Below are positions 8,898 to 19,257 of a stretch of 64,000 nucleotides of DNA, piece after piece. The number at the start of each line of letters is the position of its first letter. Position 1 is the first letter of the stretch. The DNA comes from Nanobdellota archaeon (GTDB lineage Archaea > Nanobdellota > Nanobdellia > Parvarchaeales > Parvarchaeaceae). Under the pieces are notes generated by a model. That model saw only the letters and a program-made list of their open reading frames with translations, was not told the DNA's origin and did not search any database. A program made the position numbers and the translations under genes. Location of the stretch: assembly GCA_021802105.1 (NCBI GenBank), contig JAKAAW010000001.1, positions 8,150 through 72,149 on the forward strand. Reading direction: 5' to 3'.

Positions 8898-9042
8898 CAG
8901 CCTTTTTCAGGCAGCTTTCGGGCGTAAGCTACAAACAAAAAGTTTATAAAGCATATACTGCCTATTAGATATTTGTCAAACGCATGCACTTCATTATAAT
9001 TTATTATAAGGAAGCAAGAGTCGAAATGCTTATAGCATTTAT

Positions 9043-9062
9043 GTGACTGTACAATTGCAAAA
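9043..9062 (+). repeat. 5' strand of the 23S rRNA processing stem (tgtgactgtacaattgcaaa), perfectly complementary to 11918-11937
   Basis: A 20-nt perfect inverted repeat flanks the 23S gene, as expected for the archaeal pre-rRNA processing helix. Confidence 0.7.
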
Positions 9063-11917
9063 CACCAAACTATTAGATGGATGACTTGGTTCAGGTGCCG
9101 ATGAAGGACGCAGCAAGTTGCGATAAGGGCACGGGAGGCGCAGACGACCGTTGATCGTGCTGTTTTTGAATGCGTGATGCCTGCATGTAAATGCAGATTC
9201 CTTCATACGAAGGAAAGGGAACGCAGGGAACTAAAACATTTTAGTACCTGCAGGAAAAGAAATCAATCGAGATTCCCCCAGTAATGGCGAACGAAAAGGG
9301 AATAGGGCAAACCGAATCCGCAGCAATGCGGAAATGTGGTGCGAATCATGGCCGTATAGAAGGAGGCGAAGTCGACTGGAATGTCGCGTCATAGAGAGTG
9401 ACAACCTCGTAGTCTTCGGAAATGCGGTCATCGTATAGAGTAGCAGAGGTCGATACTCTTCTGTGAATACGGGTGTCAAAAACATCCAACCCTAAATACA
9501 ACCTGAAACCGATAGAGTATAGTAGCGTGAGCGAAAGTTGAAAAGCACTCTTGATGAGAGGGCGAAAAGAACCTGAAATCTAATAGTTATAGTTGTTGCG
9601 GCGCGTTGTGATTGCGTCAATAAATAAGCGTAATCAAGTGTTGCAACATCCTTTTAGCATAAAGGGGCAGGGAGTTTACGAGTACGGCAAGGCTAACGAA
9701 AGGGAGCCGAAGCGAAAGCGAGCACGCAAGTGCCGGTAGGAAACTGCCGTGAGTCGTATTTGTAAGACCCGAAGCCGTGCGATCTATACATGTGCAGGGT
9801 GAAGTGAGGATTACTCTTCATGGAGGCCCGAAAAGGTCGGGAACTATCTCGTCTTTTGACATGTGTATAGGGGCGAAAAACCAATCGTGCACGGCAATAG
9901 CTGGTTCCCATCGAAATATCCCATAGGATAGCTTTTGTCTCGTTGTGTTGAGGGTAAAGATACTGATCGTACAGATAGGGACCGAAAGGTCCCACTGCAC
10001 TGTCAAACTCAGAATATCAACATGGCAAGGGGCAAAAGTTGGGTGTATGGCGTAAAGTTTTACACCGAGAAGGAAAAAACCTAGCCGTGAGTTAAGGCCC
10101 TTAAATGTTGACTAAGTGCAAAAAAAGGAAATCATATCTAAAACAGTTGGGAGGTAGGCTCAGAAGCGGCCATCCTTTAAAAAGTGTGTTACAACTTACC
10201 AACCTAGGTATGACGACCTAAAAATGGACGGGGCTAAGTCAACTGCCGAAACTCACGATTGTCGTAAGACAATGGTAGATGGGCGTGCCTATGGACTAGA
10301 AGTCTGTTCGTAAGGGCAGATGGATCTGTAAGGCATTGAGAATCCTGCCAGGTGTAGCAAAGAAATAGGTGAGAATCCTATCCACCGCATGTGCAAGGGT
10401 TCCTTGTTTTAAGCTTATCTAACAAGGGTTAGTCGGTCCTAAGTGTCGTTTCGAAAGGAACGCCGCAAATGGGAACGCGTTTAATATTACGCGACCACAT
10501 GCGTTTTATCACGTACCACGCGTTGAGATATGCGGAGTGGTCCCGTCGGATCATCCACGGATACGTCGTGTTCGAGAGACGTAATGTCGAGAAGACATGG
10601 AAGTGTCTGTGATGCAGCGATGCATTCGCAGATTCCCAGCGCTAATAAAAACGTACGTGTCATGAACGCAGGTGACCGTACCGAAAACCGACACAGGTGC
10701 ACTGGCTGAGAAGGCTAAGGTGAGGGATTTAAACCGGGTAAGGGAAATCGGCAAATCAGTCCTGTAAGTTCGCAATAAAGGATCCCTGATCTGGTCTTAA
10801 AAGCGAGATCAGGGCGCAGTGACTAGGGGAGTCTAACTGTTTACTAAAAGCATAGCTGACTGCGAGAGAGCAATCTTTAGTACAGTCGGCGACATCTGCC
10901 CAGCACAGGTATCCGAAAGTTCGTTCCAACGGATATAAGGACCTGTTAGCGGCGGAGGTAACTGTGACCTTCTTAAGCAAGCATAATCCATTGCCAATTG
11001 ATTGTTGGCTTGTGAACGATGTAATGAGATTCCCACTGTCCCTACCTGGAAACCCGCGAAACCACCGTCCTGGTGCAAAGGCCAGGGACCTCCACAGGGT
11101 CAAAAAGACCCCAGGAACTTTACTGCAATCTCTTGTTGTAGTATTAAGATGATGGACATAGAGTAAGTAGGAGACGTTATTTCCAACGTTCCGGCGTTGG
11201 GATAGTCGAAAGTGTAACACTACTTCCATTGTCTTATACTGCTTACCTTCGGGGACAGCATGAGACGGGCAGTTTTGCTGGGGTGGCAATCCCACGAAAA
11301 GATAACATGGGAGCCCAAAGGTCATCTTAGGCGGTATAGAAATCCGCTGTTAAGTGCAATGGCAAAAGATGGCTTGACTGTGCGCTGCAATGCAAGGCGC
11401 GCAGAGGCGAAAGCCGGGCATAGCGAACACGAATGTGTGTGTTTTTGACTCCTTCGTATGACAGAAAAGCTACCCTGGGCGTAAGAGAGTTGTTGCGGAC
11501 GATAGTTCATATTGACTTCGCAGCTTGCTCCACAGTCTTTGGCTCTCCCCATCCTGGTTGTGCACAAGCAGCCAAGGGTATAGGTGTTCACTAGTTAAAG
11601 GGGACCGTGAGCTGAGTTTAGGCCGCCGCGAGGCAGGCCGGTAGTTAACTTGTGGAGGTGTTTTGATGCCTGAATGGAAGATTCGACTAGTACGAAAGGA
11701 ACAGCGAGTCGGCGCCTCTAGTTAGCGGTTATCCGACAGGGTAAGCCGCGTAGCCACGCGCTAAGGGCTAAGAGCTGAAAGCATCTAAGCTCGAAACCCC
11801 CCGTAAAAAGAGGCATCGTTGAGGTCGGGGAAAAAGACCCCGTTGATAGAATCGCCGTGTAAGAGCCGAGGCGAAAGCCGAGGTTTTCAGCGGACGATTA
11901 CTAATAAACCAAAATTC
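9063..11917 (+). rRNA. rrl: 23S ribosomal RNA (large subunit), not linked to a 16S or 5S gene in this window
   Basis: The 5' region 'GGATGACTTGG..CCGATGAAGGACG..GCGATAAGG' and 'GTACCTGCAGGAAAAGAAATCAATCGAGATTCCCCCAGTAATGGCGAACGAA' are homologous to the E. coli 23S 5' domain. The 3' region carries 'GCTGAAAGCATCTAAGCTCGAAAC' and 'GTTGATAGAATCGCCGTGTAAGAGC'. The length is ~2.85 kb, and boundaries are approximate (within about 15 nt). Confidence 0.9.
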
Positions 11918-11937
11918 TTTGCAATTGTACAGTCACA
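11918..11937 (+). repeat. 3' strand of the 23S rRNA processing stem (tttgcaattgtacagtcaca)
   Basis: It is the reverse complement of 9043-9062. Confidence 0.7.
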
Positions 11938-12010
11938 TGGCGTTTGATTTTCTTTTTTTTTAAAATAGCCTATTATTAAGTTATTTAAAAAGAGATAGAG
12001 TAATTCTACT

Positions 12011-13231
12011 ATGTTTGATACCATTACGCTTGAACTGCTAATGTTAGGCATAGCTGGCGTATTAATAATAGGTTTTTTAGGCAGGGCTCTAGCCAAAAAA
12101 ACATCAGTTTCCCATATAATATGGCTAATGGCCTTTGGGATCCTTATAGGGCCAATATTTGGCCTATTAAACAAGACGACTCTTATAAGTTTCTTGCCGA
12201 TGGCTGTTGGATTTGTCATACTTCTGGTCCTTTTTAATGCTGGACTGAATATAAGACTTAATAGGGTAGTTCACAATGCCTCAAGAGGTCTCGCTTTGTC
12301 GTTCGTTGTGTTTTTCGTGACTTTCGTGGCCGTTTCTGCAACAATGTATTTTATTTTCGGCCAGATTATACCCTCTGTACTGATGGGCCTTATAGTCGGC
12401 GGTATAAGCCTATCAGCAAACAGGAAACATAACGTTACATCTGAGAGAGTGAGCGTAACGATGAGTTTAGAATCCGCTATAGAAGAGCCGATGACTATAA
12501 TACTCGCGCTTGTTCTTATAAGCGCAGTCCTTATAACAGGGCCTTCGCTGACCGTCGGATACGTTTCAGGTGAGATAATCTCAAATTTCTCAATAGGAAT
12601 CGTTTTGGGGGCAGTAGTGGGCATGGCGTGGGTACCTATAATGAGTCATCTGCAGAGAAAGAAGTATGAGTATTCATATGTGGCTTCTCTGGCAATCGTT
12701 TTCCTACTATATATAGTAGTGCAAGTACTTGGTGGAAGCGGACCTATGTCTGCTTTAGTGTTCGGTATATTTATATCCAATGGTGAGGCGATATTTCGTT
12801 CGCTAAAATATAGGCATAGCACATCTTTCACTTTCACAAAGGAGTCCAAGAATTTCAATGACTTGGTCACTTTCCTTACTATATCTTTCTTTTTCGTGTA
12901 TTTCGGTGCACTGGTTGATATAACGAACTATCTCGCTTTTGCCATAGGTATAGCTATATCTTTAGTCATACTTCTAGCGAGGCAGGCAGGCACACGACTC
13001 GCTCTCTCAGGATCTGATTTTTCTGCTAAAGAAAAATCTATAATATCCTCTATGACGTCCAGGGGGATAGGCGCGGCAGTTATAGCAGCTCTCCCAATAA
13101 GCTATGCGATAAAAGGCACGTCCTATTTTATAGATGTAGTCTTCTCCGTGATAATATTTACACTGATCATAAACAGTGTACTTCTTCATATGTCTGCGCG
13201 CGTTAAAGAGGACTCAGCAAATGGCAGCTGA
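12011..13231 (+). CDS. Na+/H+ (cation/proton) antiporter, CPA1/NhaP-type, first of a tandem pair
   Basis: It is a ~12-TM polytopic protein with Na_H exchanger-like conserved segments (e.g. 'LLVLFNAGLNI', 'ISLSANRKHNV..', 'MSALVFGIFISN'). It is paralogous to the adjacent gene. Confidence 0.7.
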   Translation: MFDTITLELLMLGIAGVLIIGFLGRALAKKTSVSHIIWLMAFGILIGPIFGLLNKTTLISFLPMAVGFVILLVLFNAGLNIRLNRVVHNASRGLALSFVVFFVTFVAVSATMYFIFGQIIPSVLMGLIVGGISLSANRKHNVTSERVSVTMSLESAIEEPMTIILALVLISAVLITGPSLTVGYVSGEIISNFSIGIVLGAVVGMAWVPIMSHLQRKKYEYSYVASLAIVFLLYIVVQVLGGSGPMSALVFGIFISNGEAIFRSLKYRHSTSFTFTKESKNFNDLVTFLTISFFFVYFGALVDITNYLAFAIGIAISLVILLARQAGTRLALSGSDFSAKEKSIISSMTSRGIGAAVIAALPISYAIKGTSYFIDVVFSVIIFTLIINSVLLHMSARVKEDSANGS

Positions 13232-14510
13232 CCCAGTATCCTTCATTTTGTCGCTGGCCGCGCTTATAATATTGCTTGGCTTCATAGGAGAAGAGATATT
13301 CAAGAGAACTCATGTGCCCTCATTTCTTTTCCTCGTCTTTGCAGGTTTTATAATGGGGCCTGTTTTTGGTCTGATAAATGAGAGCCTTCTGGCGCCAGTA
13401 CTTAGCATTTTTGCCGAGTTGACACTTATTATGGTACTTTTCCACGGAGGGATAGACCTAAAGCTTAACACCGTGCTCAAGGAAGGCTGGAGAGTTTTCC
13501 TGCAGGTATTCCTGTACATATCCGTAAGCGCCGTGTTCATAGTAATTGTATCTTTCTTTGTACTGCACCTCAATATAATATTGTCCCTAATCTTGGCTTC
13601 GATAATTGGAGGGGAAACCACAGCGGTTGTCGTGATACCTCTTTCGAGAGAGTTAAAGATCAGAGACAGCAGCGTGGCCTTCTTGACATTCGAATCAGCG
13701 CTGAATTCCATAGTTCTGGTTATACTTTTCTTAACTTTCGTAAGCATTTACCAGGGAAGCGTTGGCACAGCAGGCCTGGCTGGCACAGGATTGGGTTTCA
13801 GCGAGTTATACACTACTGCTACTTCAGTAACGTCCTCTTTTTCAATAGGCATAGTCATAGGCTTAGTCTTGTCGGTTCTTTGGGTGTACCTGCTGAATTA
13901 CCTTAAAGGGAGGAATTACACGTACGTTCTTACCCTTGGCCTTTTGTTTCTCACTTTCTCTTTAACAAATTACGCCGGCGGCAGCGGGTTCCTTGCGGTT
14001 ATAATATTCGGAACCATCTTAGGAAATCATACTTTCATCAGCGGACTTCTGAAGAAAAAGGTAAGGATGGGCAACTTGGAAAAACAATTATTCCATCTTC
14101 AAGGGGAGATAACGTTCATGCTTAAGACGTTCTTTTTCGTATTTCTTGGTTTAATAATCAGCCTTTCCTTCTCCAACCTTATATTTGGCCTTTCAATCGG
14201 TGTTGCTTTTCTGATAGTCCTGCTAGCATCGCGTTACATGGCAGTGTCTATATCTACCTTTAAGTCCGACATGAAGAATGATAAGAAAGCTATGGTCATC
14301 TCACTAGCTCAAGGACTTACTCCAGCAACGCTTGCAACTCTGGCTGTAAGTTACAATATAGCTCACGCTGGTACATTCCTAGTGATAACTACATATGTGA
14401 TAATACTAACAAATGTAGTGACAACGGTAGGTTCATTCATGATACTGCGCAAGAACAAGAAATCGGGTGTAGGCACATCAGCAAAACAGATTAAGCCTAA
14501 AAATAAATAA
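13221..14510 (+). CDS. Na+/H+ (cation/proton) antiporter, CPA1/NhaP-type, second of the tandem pair
   Basis: It is paralogous to 12011-13231 with the same TM layout and similar motifs ('IMVLFHGGIDLKL', 'IIFGTILGNH'). The start is taken at MAADPVSF (13221), overlapping the upstream stop by 11 nt. Confidence 0.7.
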   Translation: MAADPVSFILSLAALIILLGFIGEEIFKRTHVPSFLFLVFAGFIMGPVFGLINESLLAPVLSIFAELTLIMVLFHGGIDLKLNTVLKEGWRVFLQVFLYISVSAVFIVIVSFFVLHLNIILSLILASIIGGETTAVVVIPLSRELKIRDSSVAFLTFESALNSIVLVILFLTFVSIYQGSVGTAGLAGTGLGFSELYTTATSVTSSFSIGIVIGLVLSVLWVYLLNYLKGRNYTYVLTLGLLFLTFSLTNYAGGSGFLAVIIFGTILGNHTFISGLLKKKVRMGNLEKQLFHLQGEITFMLKTFFFVFLGLIISLSFSNLIFGLSIGVAFLIVLLASRYMAVSISTFKSDMKNDKKAMVISLAQGLTPATLATLAVSYNIAHAGTFLVITTYVIILTNVVTTVGSFMILRKNKKSGVGTSAKQIKPKNK

Positions 14511-14590
14511 ATCAGAACTAAAACCGTATAATAGACTCAAAAACTAAGTCATCACTAAAAGTTGATAAAGCATAAATTACTATAAATTTA

Positions 14591-15991
14591 ATGCGCTATA
14601 GGGAAGAGCACGATTATTTAGGTGATGTGGCAGTGCCATACGATGCGTACTGGGGCGCGCAAACTCAGAGAGCGATTGATAATTTTCCCATATCTGGCAT
14701 AAAGCCCATAAAAGAATACACTTACGCGATAATTCTTATCAAAAAAGCAGCGGCCGAAGCAAACTATCAAGCAGGTCTAATAAGCCGAAAGATTTCTAGA
14801 GCTATAGTAAGGGCTGCTGATGAGGCTCTGGCCGGAAACTTAGACGATCAATTCGTGGTGGACATATACCAAGCAGGGGAGGGCACTTCCAACAACATGA
14901 ATGTCAACGAAGTTCTTGCAAATAGGGCAATAGAGCTGTTGGGGGGGAACAAAGGTGACTATTCTCTTGTCCATCCGAACGACCATGTAAACATGGGACA
15001 GTCCTCCAATGACGTTATCCCTACTGCAATAAAAATCGCAGCTATGAAGCTAGTACCCGATCTTTTATCTTCCATGTCCATGCTCTCGAAGGAGTTTGCT
15101 TTGAAGGGAAAACAGTTTGATAGTGTAATAAAAAGCGGAAGAACACATATGATGGATGCTGCGCCGATACGGCTTGGTCAAGAATTCATGGCATGGTCTG
15201 ATTTGCTCAATGAGTCGATAAAAAGAATAGATTCCGCAGCAAAGTCGCTTCTTGATATAAATTTAGGTGCCACTGCAGTTGGCACAGGCGTTAATGCCGA
15301 TCCTATCTATACAAAGACAGCTATAATCAAACTTTCATCTTATACAGGATTAAAACTGAGAAAAGCAACCGATCTACCGGCAGTTACAGAGTCTCCATCC
15401 GATCTGATGGCACTGTCAAGTGCACTTAGGATATTCAGTGCGGACATGACAAAGATATCAAATGACATACGGCTGATGAATTCTGGTCCAATAACTGGGC
15501 TTGCAGAGATTACCTTGCCTGCTGTGCAGCCAGGTTCATCGATAATGCCAGGTAAAGTGAACCCGAGTGTTATAGAGATGATGAACATGGTGTGCTTTAG
15601 GGTTATCGGTGATGATGATACAGTGACACTTGCGACTCAGGCAGGACAGTTGGAGCTTAATGTTATGGAACCTCTGATAGCGTACTGCTTGCTTCATGAC
15701 TTAAAGATATTAAGAAACGCGATAGACGTTTTCACTGAAAGAGCAATAAAAGGCTTGAAGGTGAATAAGAGAAAAATGGAAAGTATAGCCTACCATGACC
15801 CCGGCATGGCACTTCTACTGAACCCATATATAGGCTATGAAAAAGCAGCCAGATTGGTGAAAAAAGCTGTAGCCGAAAATAAGAGCATAAAAGAAGTTGC
15901 AAATGAGAGTGGCCTGCTGGATAAAAAACTTATAGATAAAATATTTGATCCATACAGTCTAACAACCCCTAAGAGGCTTAAACGCAGATGA
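14591..15991 (+). CDS. fumC: class II fumarate hydratase / aspartate ammonia-lyase family enzyme, probably fumarase C
   Basis: The fumarate-lyase signature 'GSSIMPGKVNP' is present and the length (466 aa) fits. The G (rather than A) in the signature and the neighbouring TCA genes favour fumarase over aspartase. Confidence 0.75.
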   Translation: MRYREEHDYLGDVAVPYDAYWGAQTQRAIDNFPISGIKPIKEYTYAIILIKKAAAEANYQAGLISRKISRAIVRAADEALAGNLDDQFVVDIYQAGEGTSNNMNVNEVLANRAIELLGGNKGDYSLVHPNDHVNMGQSSNDVIPTAIKIAAMKLVPDLLSSMSMLSKEFALKGKQFDSVIKSGRTHMMDAAPIRLGQEFMAWSDLLNESIKRIDSAAKSLLDINLGATAVGTGVNADPIYTKTAIIKLSSYTGLKLRKATDLPAVTESPSDLMALSSALRIFSADMTKISNDIRLMNSGPITGLAEITLPAVQPGSSIMPGKVNPSVIEMMNMVCFRVIGDDDTVTLATQAGQLELNVMEPLIAYCLLHDLKILRNAIDVFTERAIKGLKVNKRKMESIAYHDPGMALLLNPYIGYEKAARLVKKAVAENKSIKEVANESGLLDKKLIDKIFDPYSLTTPKRLKRR

Positions 15992-15994
15992 AAC

Positions 15995-16669
15995 CTATCT
16001 TAGAGGTTCAGCAAGTTCTAATATAACATTTTTGAAGTCTGTGGCTTCCATCACGCCAGAGGCCACAAGTATGCCTTCGCTCCCTAGCTCAACGCTCGTC
16101 TTTACGTCGTTTGCGGTCTTTATGCCTGCTCCAATAAGCGGTAAGACCCCCGATACGTTTTTGACTATGTCGCAGAATTCTTTGACCATCTCTGGTTTTG
16201 CTGTAGACACGGATATATCTCCCCCTATAAGTTCTGGTGGTTCATACGCTATCGCAGTAGGCCTTAATTTCAGGACTTCTCCAGCCTCTGATACATTTTG
16301 TACACATACGTATGTAAATAATCCGTTCTGTTTACATGCATCAATCGCTTTCCCAAGTCTTGCATAGTCTATATTTTCGCCCTCAGATACATACCTATAT
16401 TCCGAGTGGTTCAGAAGCGTCCCTGTACTCCCGCTTTTCTTTATCTCATACCATGATACGTGCGCAGTGAATGCTCCAGGACCTTTGTCGTCAATACTCT
16501 GCGCTATTGTCTTAACCATTTTTGAGCTCTCTCTAAGAAGAGTGAATGGCGGCGCTACAATCACATCAACACCAGTTTTCTCTGAGACCTCAGCTGCTGC
16601 TTTCGCTATGTCGAGTCCCAGATCCACGCCTTCCTTGTAGGCCTTGTAATTAATTATGAAGCTTTTCAT
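15995..16669 (-). CDS. tpiA: triosephosphate isomerase (archaeal short form)
   Basis: It is 224 aa, with MKSFIINYKAY..., 'EPPELIG' and 'GAGIKTANDV' matching archaeal TIM motifs. Confidence 0.8.
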   Translation of the reverse strand: MKSFIINYKAYKEGVDLGLDIAKAAAEVSEKTGVDVIVAPPFTLLRESSKMVKTIAQSIDDKGPGAFTAHVSWYEIKKSGSTGTLLNHSEYRYVSEGENIDYARLGKAIDACKQNGLFTYVCVQNVSEAGEVLKLRPTAIAYEPPELIGGDISVSTAKPEMVKEFCDIVKNVSGVLPLIGAGIKTANDVKTSVELGSEGILVASGVMEATDFKNVILELAEPLR

Positions 16670-17486
16670 ATTTGTCTAAGAAATAACAACCTTTTATAAC
16701 ATAAAACTTTCCCCTAACTACTTTTATGGGCAGTTTTCCACGTATCGTCTCTTTTTTAATAGTAGCTTTCACGGCGTCTTTCATGAATTTCCATGAGTTG
16801 CTAAAGCTGCCTCCAAGTATCACTATCTCTGGATCAAAGACGTACGATAAGGATGATAGATATCGCCCGAATATCTCCCCTATATCATAAAAAGCTTTTA
16901 TTGCATTTTTGTCTCCTGCTTCTGCCAGACGATGAAGGTCAATACCACTGTAGCCATATCTCTTTTTTATATATTCTCCCCCTATCAAGGACTCAATGTC
17001 TTCTTTAGGCGTTCTCATAGTCTTGATGTGTCCTATCTCAGAAGCAAGGCCAGCTCCATGGTATATCTCCCCGTCAGAGACCAAAGATCCCCCTACTCCA
17101 GTGCCCCAAACCACTATCAATCCGCACCTTTTCTCTCTTAAGATGCCTTTGAATATTTCATAAGCTGCAAAACAGTTTGCATCATTCTCTATGTTTATGT
17201 GCTTGAAATATTTTCTTGCCTGTTTTGACATCTGAAACCCCCTTAAAGGGAGATTAGGAGAGTATATTATCTTACCATTTTTATTAGCCCTGCCTGCTAT
17301 TGATATATTCACTGTATCAGAATATACCTTAAAGGTTTCAAAGTTCGTGTCAAGAAATTTTTTGAATTCTGCTGCAGTTTTTGGTGATTCCTCATAGACC
17401 TGTTTTACGACTTTAAGATCCCCATCCACCGCTGCGAATATCGTTTTTGTGCCGCCGATATCTACACAGACCTTAACTTCTTTCAT
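16650..17486 (-). CDS. ROK-family sugar kinase (probable glucokinase)
   Basis: The N-terminal 'VCVDIGGTKT' (phosphate-1 motif) and the conserved 'GTGVGGSLVSDGEIYHG' support this, as does the ROK-like Cys/His zinc motif region. Confidence 0.7.
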   Translation of the reverse strand: MKEVKVCVDIGGTKTIFAAVDGDLKVVKQVYEESPKTAAEFKKFLDTNFETFKVYSDTVNISIAGRANKNGKIIYSPNLPLRGFQMSKQARKYFKHINIENDANCFAAYEIFKGILREKRCGLIVVWGTGVGGSLVSDGEIYHGAGLASEIGHIKTMRTPKEDIESLIGGEYIKKRYGYSGIDLHRLAEAGDKNAIKAFYDIGEIFGRYLSSLSYVFDPEIVILGGSFSNSWKFMKDAVKATIKKETIRGKLPIKVVRGKFYVIKGCYFLDKYEKLHN

Positions 17487-17491
17487 AAATC

Positions 17492-18229
17492 TCAGACAGA
17501 CTTGATTATCTCCCTGATTTTCTTTATTCTAGTTATCGGGTCATTGCTTTGCCATACGTTCCTTCCGACGGCGACACCGCTGAAGCCAGAAGATATGACT
17601 TCCTCTACATGTTTTTCAAACTCTTCATCCGTTGTGGCTTTTCCACCCGCCATAAAGACCTTTGTTTTTCCTGCAGACTCCACTATCCATTTGAGTTTTG
17701 AATTGTCATTAGGATATTTCAGTTTTACTATATCTGCCCCCATCTCCATAGCTATTCTTGCCGCATAAGCTACAATTTCAGGCGCCTCATCATCAGCTAT
17801 TGCTTTTCCCCTTGGGTAAGACCACATTATAACCGGTAAACCGTATTTGTGCGCTTCTTCTTCTATCCTCCCGAACTCTTGCAACATAACTTGCTCATAC
17901 TCACTTCCAGCATACACAGTGTAACCGACAGCCGATGCTCCAATATCTATAGCTTCTTTGACATTGCATACCTGTGTTGATAATGGCTCCCCACTTCGCA
18001 GGTTAGTTTTCTGGTTTAATTTTACTATAAGAGGCACACCCATGCCCTTTTTGTAATAAGCCCTGGCAGTACCCTTCAGTAGAACGAGCGCATCGACCTC
18101 AGCTTTTTCCGCTATTTCGATTATACTCAAGGGGGAAACTGTCTTTTCGTCAAAATCTTTTGGTCCGTGCTCCATCCCATGGTCATACGCCAGATATATC
18201 CCTTCAGTCTTAAATTTATTGTTCACCAT
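17492..18229 (-). CDS. fba: class I fructose-bisphosphate aldolase (archaeal DhnA/FbaB type) or related DeoC/LacD-family aldolase
   Basis: It is ~245 aa with a TIM-barrel aldolase pattern and a 'DIVKLKYP' putative Schiff-base lysine region. Glycolytic neighbours (tpiA, ROK kinase, PfkB kinase) favour FBA over the aromatic-pathway paralogue (AroA'). Confidence 0.6.
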   Translation of the reverse strand: MVNNKFKTEGIYLAYDHGMEHGPKDFDEKTVSPLSIIEIAEKAEVDALVLLKGTARAYYKKGMGVPLIVKLNQKTNLRSGEPLSTQVCNVKEAIDIGASAVGYTVYAGSEYEQVMLQEFGRIEEEAHKYGLPVIMWSYPRGKAIADDEAPEIVAYAARIAMEMGADIVKLKYPNDNSKLKWIVESAGKTKVFMAGGKATTDEEFEKHVEEVISSGFSGVAVGRNVWQSNDPITRIKKIREIIKSV

Positions 18230-19178
18230 TTTCTAACCTCCTTATTCTAAGCTTTTGTTTTGGATACTCATTAGTAATCCCTTCCTTTGCACCGTAATGT
18301 TTTATAACATTGCTAGCATTGTAGCTCCCAAAAGACACAGCCTCGTTCACGTCCTTTTTATCCATTATGGAATTGATAAATCCGGAGAAGAAAGCGTCTC
18401 CTGCACCTACAAAGTTTATCTGTTTTGTCGAGTAGGCTCCAGCTTCATATGTGTCATCGCCGAAAGCTATTAGAGATCCCCTATCTCCTCTTGTTATTAT
18501 GGCAGCGCTTTTGACGGCTTTTCTCAGTCTAGCTAGGTTCTTAAGGTCGTTGCCGTATCCTATAAACCTTTTGGCTTCCTCATCGTTCATGTTTATGATG
18601 TCTATATCCGCGAGTATCGGTTCCATTTTCCTGAGTTTCATGCTCAGCTCAGTAGAACCGGGGTTCATGGCTATCTTTGCACCAGATTCCTTAGCCGTTT
18701 TTACGACTTCAGGGAGTATCTTATAACTGTCTCCCCCTAGCGGTCCTATATAAAGCCATCTTGTCTTGAAGTCAAATTTTATGTCGTCGAGTTTAATCGT
18801 GTTTTCAACGCCCCTATAAATCAAAAGGATCATATGTCCATTTTTCGATACTACTACGTTTGAAAAAGAGCTTTCCCCCTCCGTGCGCACCATATAATCC
18901 GTGCTTATACCTCTACTCTTAAGGTCTTTAAGAATGAATTCAGAGTTCTCATCATTGCCTATCTTAGCTATGCTCGCAACTTTCTTTCCGCATTTTGCCA
19001 TTGTAGCCGCCACGTTGGTTGCGCTACCACCGGTGAATTCTAGAACTTTATCAATCTCGATTTTTTTATCGAGAGGTATCTCCATAAAATTCTTGTTTAT
19101 GCCCGGCTTCAGGTTTCCCCGATTAACAAAAGAGAATATGTCTTTTGTTGCAGAGCCTAACGTAACTATGTCGAACAT
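18216..19178 (-). CDS. PfkB/ribokinase-family carbohydrate kinase (candidate 6-phosphofructokinase)
   Basis: The 'GGSATNVAATMAKCG' N-terminal motif and the C-terminal 'GAGDAFFSGF' anion-hole motif are both present. Confidence 0.7.
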   Translation of the reverse strand: MFDIVTLGSATKDIFSFVNRGNLKPGINKNFMEIPLDKKIEIDKVLEFTGGSATNVAATMAKCGKKVASIAKIGNDENSEFILKDLKSRGISTDYMVRTEGESSFSNVVVSKNGHMILLIYRGVENTIKLDDIKFDFKTRWLYIGPLGGDSYKILPEVVKTAKESGAKIAMNPGSTELSMKLRKMEPILADIDIINMNDEEAKRFIGYGNDLKNLARLRKAVKSAAIITRGDRGSLIAFGDDTYEAGAYSTKQINFVGAGDAFFSGFINSIMDKKDVNEAVSFGSYNASNVIKHYGAKEGITNEYPKQKLRIRRLENGEQ

Positions 19179-19257
19179 ATACTAACTTATTATTGCAGTG
19201 AAATAAAAGCGTTAGGAAAACTCTCCGCAATAAATACTTCAGGCAGCTAAAAGATAT

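Noticed and set aside
9231-11591. Numerous ORFs of 60-190 aa on both strands (e.g. 9231-9485, 9693-9995, 10756-11325, 11322-11591)
   Set aside because: They lie entirely inside the 23S rRNA gene, and the translations are low-complexity with no protein motifs. These are artefacts of the six-frame translation.
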